Source: a virus
Strand: one strand, 5' to 3'
IMG/VR virus record: IMGVR_UViG_3300024346_000007
DNA: 64,000 nt
The notes under the pieces are model-generated. The model did not search any database, had not been told where the DNA came from, and was given only the letters and a program-made list of their open reading frames with translations. Shown piece by piece: positions 55,833 through 64,000 of the stretch. Position 1 is the stretch's first letter, and every line of letters starts with the position of its first letter. Both the position numbers and the translations under genes were made by a program.

Positions 55833-55862
55833 ATATAAATATCTAATAAAAGCGTCAAAAAT

Positions 55863-57197
55863 TTATAAATTCTTCATTTCCTGATAGTTCGAACCATGCT
55901 TACATGATGTTTTGTAATCATCTTGTTCTAATATCATCTGTATGTCGCAAAGAGTCTGCTTACCGTCTTCTTTGCTGTAGTCAAAAAGAAAGGAGTCGTA
56001 GTTATATAATACAAGCTTCGTTCTTTTGCATGCAAGATACTTAAAAATATCATTCAAAACAAGAATATTTCTTTCTGTTTCGTAGTTTTGTAGTATATAT
56101 GGTAGTATTTGTGTTTTAGAAGTTATCCCCCTTATAGGCCTTTTTGATATAATACTTTCAATATATCCTTGTTTTCTATAGATATTCCATAAAGATTCTT
56201 TATATTCTTTAACTTTTGCAAAGAATGGGATATCTGCTACTTCTTCCGATATAGAGTCTGTATATAGAAGTTTAAAGGTCAAACTCTTACTCTCTTCGTA
56301 CTGTGATCTGGTTATTTCATCTGTCCCAAAATAGTATTTAGCTAAGTGGCTGTGTATGTCACTGTCAAAGACATATCCGATATGATACGCTAATATCCGA
56401 ATATGATACGATTGATAATCAAACTCTATTAATCTATCATTCTCTGCTATAAATGACTTTCTACTGCCATCATTCTTGTTCATAGCAGCATAATTTATAC
56501 CATTAAAGGCATTTGAGGGCCTTCCGGTGGCGGTATATAAGTTATATTGGCTATATGTTTTGTATGATTTAACCGACATTAAGGCCTCTTTTGGGGTATA
56601 ATGACTGAAAAATACGTCATTATCTATACTAATTCCATTAGATTCGATGGAATTAAACAGTCTAGGAGCTAAGTCTCCATACAGTTTATAGTACTTTGTT
56701 TTAAACCAAGCATAATCTATCTTGATAGAAGCTATCAACTTCTCATACTTCTCAAAATGTTTGGCTATAGGGATGATTTTATTTATATCAGAACGGTATT
56801 CATACTTCTGGCAAAAGAAGTTGTGCGCCGTTGTGTTAAACTTTGATTCGTCTATTATATCTCCGGTAGCTAAGTAATTAGCCATTTTAAGACAATATAA
56901 GGCACTATCTCTTTTAGTGAAGTATCTCATCCTCTTTCCATCAATAGCGTAGATATTGCCAAGCTTATTGATTATGAAGGCCTCTACAGACTCTTTAGAC
57001 AAGGAGAAGGCTTCTGTATGGTCTAAACATAGCATAAATCCCATACGGGATCTAAAAGGCTTTATATAAATTAAGGAGATGTCTGCCAGTTTAGGATGGC
57101 AGTTGTCGTTTGATGGAATTACATCAACAAAACAATTAGTAAAATCGTATGCAGAAAACTTTTGAAGTTGTTCTTCTGTCTCTATTATGTAATACAC
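55863..57197 (-). CDS. second, divergent family A polymerase-like protein
   Basis: TATGRPS, EFDYQSYH (motif A), K...F...Y (motif B), YNYDS (motif C); TATCTTTG at 57214-57221. Confidence 0.75.
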   Translation of the reverse strand: MYYIIETEEQLQKFSAYDFTNCFVDVIPSNDNCHPKLADISLIYIKPFRSRMGFMLCLDHTEAFSLSKESVEAFIINKLGNIYAIDGKRMRYFTKRDSALYCLKMANYLATGDIIDESKFNTTAHNFFCQKYEYRSDINKIIPIAKHFEKYEKLIASIKIDYAWFKTKYYKLYGDLAPRLFNSIESNGISIDNDVFFSHYTPKEALMSVKSYKTYSQYNLYTATGRPSNAFNGINYAAMNKNDGSRKSFIAENDRLIEFDYQSYHIRILAYHIGYVFDSDIHSHLAKYYFGTDEITRSQYEESKSLTFKLLYTDSISEEVADIPFFAKVKEYKESLWNIYRKQGYIESIISKRPIRGITSKTQILPYILQNYETERNILVLNDIFKYLACKRTKLVLYNYDSFLFDYSKEDGKQTLCDIQMILEQDDYKTSCKHGSNYQEMKNL

Positions 57198-57224
57198 TTT
57201 TATAACCTTTGTACAAAGATAAGG

Positions 57225-57740
57225 TTATTTTGCGTACTGCGCCAAATTTGTAAAATAATCTGATATGCCTGGTATGGTTTTCTCCAAACCTTCTAAGGTT
57301 TTCTGATTAGTATTTACTATTCCAGGCATTCCTTCTGGAGTGGTGTATAGAGGTCCTGTTAGTTTCCAAGAGAACTTTACTGCTGTGTACAATGGATCTT
57401 TAGAGGCTCTTTCATATTCAGTTTGATCTACTTCTAATATGGTTTCAAATCCACTGTTTACTCTTTTTATTGTATACCTGGTGAAGGATCCTTTTTCATA
57501 GTCTTTATCAGAAGGCATTGCATAGTGAAATCCATATGCTACAGCTTCGTTTTGTACAATACCTTTTTGTATTATAGGGACTAGTTCCTGAGTAGTAGAT
57601 GTATACTCTTTTCCAGAAAAGAACTTTCCATCATTAGTCAAATAGTAATCTCCTATATAAGGCTTTCTAGTCTTTTTAACAAGTAGTTGTGTGCCTGCGG
57701 TATTTGATACTAATGATATTTCTGATTTAGGGTAGTACAT
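57225..57740 (-). CDS. conserved virion-module hypothetical protein
   Basis: MYYPKS, Y.G.Y, DY.KG.F.RY, W..TGP. Confidence 0.65.
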   Translation of the reverse strand: MYYPKSEISLVSNTAGTQLLVKKTRKPYIGDYYLTNDGKFFSGKEYTSTTQELVPIIQKGIVQNEAVAYGFHYAMPSDKDYEKGSFTRYTIKRVNSGFETILEVDQTEYERASKDPLYTAVKFSWKLTGPLYTTPEGMPGIVNTNQKTLEGLEKTIPGISDYFTNLAQYAK

Positions 57741-57742
57741 TT

Positions 57743-60700
57743 TTATTGGTAATATGGATATCCTGTAATAAAGAAACTAGCTACAGGACCGTTAAATAAT
57801 CCTGTATTTAAATCTATGGCTCTGCTTATATCTATTTTAGAAAAAGTAGTTATTTTTTTATATCTACTGCTTTGTGTATCTAATCTTACGGCCTCTAATT
57901 CTTCTTTTGTAGTAACAATCTTATCGTCAGTACGAAATAATTCAAGAAACTGAGCCTTCCAGGCTTCATAGGTTGTAGGATCATTCTCTCTTTTTACTTT
58001 TGCAATTGCGCCGACTTTATTATAGAACTCATTATTAAAAGTAATTCCAACTTCTTGATTAGCTGTAGACATGGCAAAATATAAAGACAGTTCAGATAAA
58101 ACTTTAGTTAGAACTATAGGGCTATTTAGATTATCTAATCTAAAACTTACTTTTTTATTTTCGTCATACTGAGCTACGGGGAATGCTTTTAAATAAGCTC
58201 TGTTAAGGTCCTTCAGCACATAATCAAAATCAACTAAACCATTAGAAAATTCTGTAATTGCCGTTTTAGTATACAAAGGCTCTGAGATGTTTCTTACTTT
58301 TATAGCCCCACTAGTAGTATCGATCTGGTATCTATTTAACAAACAGTCTATTACCAAAGCAGCCAATATATTAAAGTATATAATAGAAGTAGTGTTTTCT
58401 ATTTTTTTACTTTCTGCTTCATTAAGTAATTCTTTTAATACTTCTTCTCCTTTTATCTTAGACTTTATTTGTTTATCTTCCTGATCTAAGATGCACATTT
58501 GAGATACTAGATTAGTAGTCCACCCATTTGTAACTACTTCATTGGATATACCAGTTACTATAAAACCAATGTGCTTTGCTTCGTAGTCTTTAGGTAATAC
58601 TTTTTTATCTACAGTAAATATTTCACCTATAGTCAATCCAGAAAGACCGTCAGTAGTTAAATCAACAGATATGGGAACCACAGCTTTGTAGTCTGTTCCT
58701 CCCTCCATTTCTACTAAAAGTGTGTTCAAATACCCATTCATAGCTACTATGTTAGAATTATAATAAACCCCTATGGATTTATTTACCATCACATACTTAT
58801 TTACATATTGAATAAGTAATAATATAGAACTTAGTTTTCTTCTTTTTGCTACTATTTCAGAAATATTCTTATTATCAACATCTGTCTTTGTATTATTAGT
58901 ACGCTCAAACAACCTATCTTTTAACCCTTCGTTTAAGTAATTGTATGTTGATGTCTGTATAGCAGATACGTTCTCTCTATCTTGTGCAGCTATGGCTATC
59001 ATAGTAGCTTGTGAAGGAAATATCTTAGATTGTATCTTATGATTTCTAACAATGCTGTTATTTCCTGATACATTTATCTTAAATTTAGAACTATATAAAG
59101 AATCGGCAGGTAATTCAGTGTAGTGCTTATCTATGATAACTATCTTATTGTCCTTTACAAACTTATCAAAGTCATTTATAGTACCCAAAGAAAACGCAAC
59201 TCTAGATAATAATTCACTTATGACTCTTCCTAAATATACATACCCTTTATTTGATACTGCTTCTTGTTTATATATAGATACTATCTCTTTTATGTTAATG
59301 TAGATATTTCCTATCTGACCAAAATTAGTATTTTCATATAAGTATTCTCTTAGATTATAGTCTGCTGTAACTGGACCAGTAACAGATTTTGTTTCTGTTT
59401 TAAATATCTCCGGTCTAAATGCTTTGTTCCCCTCTATGTCTGTAAATAAATTTGCTCTACTATTTCTTATTACAGCTACATTTGGATCTATGGTTATTGA
59501 ATTATAGGATGCTTGACATAGTCCGTTAGATATAGAATCACTTTTTAATGGGTTTGCAGGTATTTCTATATCAACTAGAGTTTGATCTTTTGAAGCAAAT
59601 ACATTTTTAAACACATTTAATATGTGCAGCAAGTATGCAAATTGAATATAATAATAAGATCTTTTATCTCCTGGGTTATCTTGAGATACCGGTACTGCTT
59701 GCTCTTCGTCTTTAGTTACATCAGAAACTCCGGATCCTAATAAAGACCCATCATTAGTATTTGAATTTTTATTATACCTGTCTGGGCTTTCCCATGAAGT
59801 CATTGCTTTTTGTAAACCTCCTCTTGCTGCCTGATCTGTAGTAAGATTTGCATTAGCAGCAGTTGTAGAAAATCCAGATTTATACTTATATATAAAATTG
59901 TCTATATAAGGCTTATCAGAATCTTTAATAACACCATCTATGGCAGTTATGTTTTGAGAATTTGATCTAGGATTACTATCACTCAAAGTGCAATATTCAT
60001 CCATCAACAATTCAAATTGGCTTTTTATTTCGCTATAATCTATGTTGTTTAAAGATTCTGGATCTATATTTTGATCTTGGCTTTTAGCAATATCTGCAGG
60101 TCCTATACTAACGCCTATAGTATCATTCATTCTTATAGTATCTATAACGTCTCCTATACTAATCAGTACAGTCGTACATTCATAAGATCCATTGGGCATC
60201 AACGTATAGTCAAAATTCTTTATAGATCCTAAAACTCCATCATAGTTACCAGAATATCTATGTCTCAAAATATCTAGCTGATTGTATATGATATCCTGAG
60301 TTATTCCTGTATTAAAGCAATCTATGGTATTAAAAACCATAGTCTTTGTATTGTATTTAGTAGATGTATAATTCAAAGCATTTGTAGTTGCTTTTGCTTT
60401 ATAGTCCTCTCCTGTAACAGAGCTATCTAAATACATTGACCAGCCCCATTCTAAAACTACTTTATATCCAGGTCTCATAAATAATACAGTCAGATCTTCT
60501 AACTGTTTTACATCCCATGCTTGGAATTTAATAGTAGCCTCTGTTAAAGATCCGTAAGCTCCTAGTGACCTAGTTTTCATACTTGTTATCCCTGGCATAG
60601 GTCTGATGCCATATTGATTAGTTCCTAAATCTCCTCCATAAGAAGCGCCTTTTCCTCCCACCCCTCCTCTAGTAAAGTAGGTATCGGTACCAGCTCTATT

Positions 60701-60919
60701 ATATAAAGTACCTCCCATTAGCACATACTTTTTCGCCAGATCAGGACTTTCGTTACCTACAGGACCATAATCTACTAAAGAAGTCATCCTTATCCAAGGA
60801 GCTTTGCTGGATACATAATGTGCAAAGTCTACAGGCCGATTTACTTCAGATAGAAGATTCTGCCTAGTATTAATCTGACGTATTACATATGGCTTAAAAG
60901 TACTTTTGAATATAGACAT
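57743..60919 (-). CDS. baseplate hub-like structural protein
   Basis: RPMPGI, GSL.EA.I, LFMRPG..V.LEWGW, GL.GL.IG..F, W.T motifs; context. Confidence 0.6.
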   Translation of the reverse strand: MSIFKSTFKPYVIRQINTRQNLLSEVNRPVDFAHYVSSKAPWIRMTSLVDYGPVGNESPDLAKKYVLMGGTLYNRAGTDTYFTRGGVGGKGASYGGDLGTNQYGIRPMPGITSMKTRSLGAYGSLTEATIKFQAWDVKQLEDLTVLFMRPGYKVVLEWGWSMYLDSSVTGEDYKAKATTNALNYTSTKYNTKTMVFNTIDCFNTGITQDIIYNQLDILRHRYSGNYDGVLGSIKNFDYTLMPNGSYECTTVLISIGDVIDTIRMNDTIGVSIGPADIAKSQDQNIDPESLNNIDYSEIKSQFELLMDEYCTLSDSNPRSNSQNITAIDGVIKDSDKPYIDNFIYKYKSGFSTTAANANLTTDQAARGGLQKAMTSWESPDRYNKNSNTNDGSLLGSGVSDVTKDEEQAVPVSQDNPGDKRSYYYIQFAYLLHILNVFKNVFASKDQTLVDIEIPANPLKSDSISNGLCQASYNSITIDPNVAVIRNSRANLFTDIEGNKAFRPEIFKTETKSVTGPVTADYNLREYLYENTNFGQIGNIYINIKEIVSIYKQEAVSNKGYVYLGRVISELLSRVAFSLGTINDFDKFVKDNKIVIIDKHYTELPADSLYSSKFKINVSGNNSIVRNHKIQSKIFPSQATMIAIAAQDRENVSAIQTSTYNYLNEGLKDRLFERTNNTKTDVDNKNISEIVAKRRKLSSILLLIQYVNKYVMVNKSIGVYYNSNIVAMNGYLNTLLVEMEGGTDYKAVVPISVDLTTDGLSGLTIGEIFTVDKKVLPKDYEAKHIGFIVTGISNEVVTNGWTTNLVSQMCILDQEDKQIKSKIKGEEVLKELLNEAESKKIENTTSIIYFNILAALVIDCLLNRYQIDTTSGAIKVRNISEPLYTKTAITEFSNGLVDFDYVLKDLNRAYLKAFPVAQYDENKKVSFRLDNLNSPIVLTKVLSELSLYFAMSTANQEVGITFNNEFYNKVGAIAKVKRENDPTTYEAWKAQFLELFRTDDKIVTTKEELEAVRLDTQSSRYKKITTFSKIDISRAIDLNTGLFNGPVASFFITGYPYYQ

Positions 60920-60924
60920 AACTT

Positions 60925-61227
60925 TTATATACTGTTTAAAGAATCGTAATCTGCCAATACTTGATCTAGATTTGCTGGTATTCTTATTTGAGTTCCGGGA
61001 GGTACAAAGATACTATCTCCTGGGAGATTATTTGCTACTAATATTACCCAATAATATTCTGTGGACTTATAGTAATCATAGGATATTATATCTAGTCTGT
61101 CTCCATACGCTGCCTCTATATAAGTGTCGGTGTCAGAGAAAGCTATATCAGGATATTTAGAAGCTCTATAATATCTTCTGCTATTCTCACTGTCCTTTAA
61201 TACTTTTGTGTTTGAATATCTACTCAT
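60925..61227 (-). CDS. LysM-like baseplate wedge protein (gp53/tail-X-like)
   Basis: GDRLD.IS..YY....YW.I..AN...G.QIRIP. Confidence 0.8.
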   Translation of the reverse strand: MSRYSNTKVLKDSENSRRYYRASKYPDIAFSDTDTYIEAAYGDRLDIISYDYYKSTEYYWVILVANNLPGDSIFVPPGTQIRIPANLDQVLADYDSLNSI

Positions 61228-63106
61228 CTCCTATTTTATATGATTTATCTACTGGTTCTACAATTACAGTTCCTTTCTTTTTGCTAGATTTTAAAGCGGC
61301 TATTGCAGCTTCCTTACCTTCCTTTAGTTTATCACTAGTTCCTTTTAACCATTGCTTATTTATTTTCTTTGGTTCTGACATCCCGTCTATTCCTATGAAC
61401 GGAGCTTCTGAAGACTTTCTTGGTAAAAAGTTGTAAATAGGTATAAAGGTCATATTACATTTTATAAGCTGTGGCAATTCATGCATATCTGCATCTACTC
61501 CTGTAGCATCAGCTTCCGGTTCTTGCAGTGCTATCTCCCAGTTAGAGTCTTCGTCTATGTTCATATCGAAGTTAGTAATGATACCTGGTTGATACAATAC
61601 AAAGTCTCCTATAGTTAATTCTGCAATGTTTCCTCTCATCAAATTATCCTTATAGTCAGGAGTCATTGATGATATCAAATAGTTTAGCTTTTGATATAGT
61701 GGTTTCATTTCTGCACGAGAAGATGCAGCTATAACAAAGGAGTATGTTATGGTTTCTGTGAACCCATCATAAGCGTAGAATGACTCACCCCTTCCTACAT
61801 ACTTGTAGGCATCCCACTTAGATACAACGTTTCTTCTAATGTTTGATATATAAGCTCTAAATACAATATACACTCCAAGACTATTGCCTTTGGCTTCTGG
61901 CCTAACATCATTGTCCAATATTTTTATACGAAATTTTATAATATCCCTAATGAAACTTTCAGGACTGCCGTCAGTATTTACTGGCTTACCGTTTATGTCT
62001 GTAGTAGTTGCTGCTGGCCCTGCTGCGTAGTATAAACTGATAGCATTTATTCTATCGGCTGTGGGTGTGCTTGCTTCAGATGTGTAATCTACTCTATCTT
62101 GAGGTTTTCTAACTCTAGGCACACCTATTCTAGTTTCTAGATTTAATTTTCTATAATTTGAACTGGGTAGCGTGTAATACTTATTAGCATTACCAGAAAA
62201 ATCTACATCCCTTACAGCTATATTCTTAAACTCCCTAAAGTCATCCTTTCTTAAATCAAACTCTACATTTTCACTAGGTACCTGCGGTATGTCGGCAGTT
62301 GCAGTTAAATCAGTTGAGGACGGCTTAAAAGTATATACTCTACTTTCATTTTCTCCTGCCGTTCCTCCTATACTTCTCAATGTTTCCATTGGAAGATATA
62401 TAAACCCTTGATTAACTTGGGTACTTGATCTCACTTCATTATCTCTAATATAACTAGTCTTCATTATTTGAGAGTACCTATTAATAGTTGTGTTACCTAT
62501 ACCAAAAAAAGAGTCTGTACCTCCAGCATATTTTAAAATATGATTTACATCTTCTTTGGCAAGCTGAACCACAAGAGATCTCATTCTATTTTGCCCTGCT
62601 TTTTCTTTAGCAATAATCATTTTTTCATAACTATCTTGTTTGCTAAACCCAGGAAGTAATCCATGTTTTTTAAAGTGCAAACCAGCGCCCGATACTCCTA
62701 CTTGAGCCAAAGTGTTTAACCCTAGAGGATTATAAGTTTGAGTATCTATGACTTTTTTATCAAAATTATAAGCATCTGCTGAGGTATTCGGGTTCATTCT
62801 TTGTAATCCCGTCTGCTTCAAAAGAAATATAGGCCCCTCTATAGTTGTATACAAGAATTTAGATATTCTTTCTACATCTGCTACAGTTCTAGTTATTGTT
62901 GTGACTGCTCCAAATTGAGTTAGCCCGTCATTAAAATTAGATGGAGACCATCTCTGATCTATCTTTCTTACTACAAAAGGCTGTCTGCTATCCCCACCAC
63001 CTGGAGTATCTCTTCCAAACGGTAGTTCATTTGAATTAAACGTACCTACTCCACTATAGTATCTATAGTTGGCTAAATTAGTTGATAAATCTTGTAATGA
63101 TGGCAC
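61220..63106 (-). CDS. baseplate/tail-tube initiator-like structural protein
   Basis: FRAYI......W....Y.GR.E.FY.Y.GF, KLNYL, LTIGD motifs. Confidence 0.6.
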   Translation of the reverse strand: MPSLQDLSTNLANYRYYSGVGTFNSNELPFGRDTPGGGDSRQPFVVRKIDQRWSPSNFNDGLTQFGAVTTITRTVADVERISKFLYTTIEGPIFLLKQTGLQRMNPNTSADAYNFDKKVIDTQTYNPLGLNTLAQVGVSGAGLHFKKHGLLPGFSKQDSYEKMIIAKEKAGQNRMRSLVVQLAKEDVNHILKYAGGTDSFFGIGNTTINRYSQIMKTSYIRDNEVRSSTQVNQGFIYLPMETLRSIGGTAGENESRVYTFKPSSTDLTATADIPQVPSENVEFDLRKDDFREFKNIAVRDVDFSGNANKYYTLPSSNYRKLNLETRIGVPRVRKPQDRVDYTSEASTPTADRINAISLYYAAGPAATTTDINGKPVNTDGSPESFIRDIIKFRIKILDNDVRPEAKGNSLGVYIVFRAYISNIRRNVVSKWDAYKYVGRGESFYAYDGFTETITYSFVIAASSRAEMKPLYQKLNYLISSMTPDYKDNLMRGNIAELTIGDFVLYQPGIITNFDMNIDEDSNWEIALQEPEADATGVDADMHELPQLIKCNMTFIPIYNFLPRKSSEAPFIGIDGMSEPKKINKQWLKGTSDKLKEGKEAAIAALKSSKKKGTVIVEPVDKSYKIGDE

Positions 63107-63118
63107 GTTTTTCTTATT

Positions 63119-64000
63119 TTATGATCCTGAAGTATGGTTAGAGCTTGCTATTGCTGTAGCAAACTGCTTGCTATCTAAATTAAATATAGCCGTAGTTTGA
63201 GTATTTTGGTTTGTTCCTGTGTTTTGATTGTTGTTATACCCTCCCCCTTGTTGATTGTTATTATAATTAGGAAGGTTGGAGTTTCTTGTAGGTAGGGCTG
63301 GTTTTGCCACAGCCATATCCTCTTTTACCGATTCTGATCCTCCAATTAATCCCAGACCAGCTCCTGTTGCTGCTACTGCTAATGCAGCTCCCACTAAAGC
63401 AGTGCCTCCAGTTGCCACAATCACAGAATACGCTACGGCTGCTGCTAATGTTGCTAATCCAAACATTAATGATTTCAATAAAAAAGTATGTTCTAATAAT
63501 TTTGCAAAACCAGTTACTAATTTAATCATAGGTCCAGCAGCTAATTCTGTAAATACCTGCTTAATTCTTTCCATAGATTCATTAAATCTATCTTGTAGAT
63601 TAGCTCTAGCTATATCTTGAAGTAAAGCTTGGCCTCCTTCTTTTCTAGCAGCTTCTGCTTTAAGTTGTTCTAATCCTGCTAAGTCCCCAGATTTTCTTAA
63701 AAACTCATATCTTTCTTCTAAAGCATTTTTATTCTCTACGCCTAAAGCGTTTAACACTGCTTGCTCTTGAGCAGACTTAGTTAACTCTTCTGCGGACATT
63801 CCTATAGATGCAGCCAATCTTTCACGTTGTATAACGTTCATATTGGTTAAAGCATTAAGGCCTCCCATCTGACCTATCAATTCTGTAGCTGCTTCTGCTG
63901 ACTTTCCATCAAGGGCCAACGCTCTTGCTTTCTCAAAGTTAAATCTTTTTCCCAAAAGAAGTTCTGCCTCAAGCTCTCCTGATATTGATGTTTCAAAATC
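63119..64000 (-). CDS. tape measure protein, C-terminal part (truncated by window edge)
   Basis: Ala/Leu-rich helical, EKARALAL, MNVIQRERLA; frame open to window end. Confidence 0.7.
   Translation of the reverse strand, partial: DFETSISGELEAELLLGKRFNFEKARALALDGKSAEAATELIGQMGGLNALTNMNVIQRERLAASIGMSAEELTKSAQEQAVLNALGVENKNALEERYEFLRKSGDLAGLEQLKAEAARKEGGQALLQDIARANLQDRFNESMERIKQVFTELAAGPMIKLVTGFAKLLEHTFLLKSLMFGLATLAAAVAYSVIVATGGTALVGAALAVAATGAGLGLIGGSESVKEDMAVAKPALPTRNSNLPNYNNNQQGGGYNNNQNTGTNQNTQTTAIFNLDSKQFATAIASSNHTSGS

Noticed and set aside
1-64000. Stop-codon reassignment (code 15 or 4)
   Set aside because: Core genes are full length in code 11, TAG and TGA end genes at sensible positions (e.g. 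4270, 12523, 2843), and no suppressor tRNA is seen

Overview
A 64-kb AT-rich slice of a large tailed dsDNA phage genome, probably a T4-like myovirus (standard code 11). The host is probably in Bacteroidota, judged from TAnnTTTG -7 promoter elements and A-rich leaders without Shine-Dalgarno sequences. 1-15 kb (+): small early/accessory genes, including a GHKL ATPase, a DUF6915/DUF6878x2/DUF6745 module, two DnaA C-terminal HTH proteins, a gp88-like protein, DUF932 and an HNH nuclease. 15-64 kb (mostly -): nucleotide metabolism, ClpP, an RNA-gene island, a WYL protein, a glycosyltransferase/methyltransferase cluster of about 11.5 kb, GroEL/GroES, the replication module (PolA, dUTPase, class II RNR, helicase, 5'-3' exonuclease, RecA/UvsX, gp32-like SSB, a second divergent PolA), and baseplate/tape-measure genes. 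Two loci stand out. (1) A phage tmRNA (27263->26057) with an atypical 23-codon tag is split in its T-loop by a 798-nt group I intron, and the intron carries a homing endonuclease in ANTISENSE orientation. (2) An ncRNA island (22.5-23.9 kb) has two tRNA-like elements with identical acceptor and T arms. They punctuate a 6S-like rod, two unknown structured RNAs, and an mRNA whose ends are sealed by a 20-bp boxA-containing panhandle. All family assignments come from motif recognition by eye; no searches were run.
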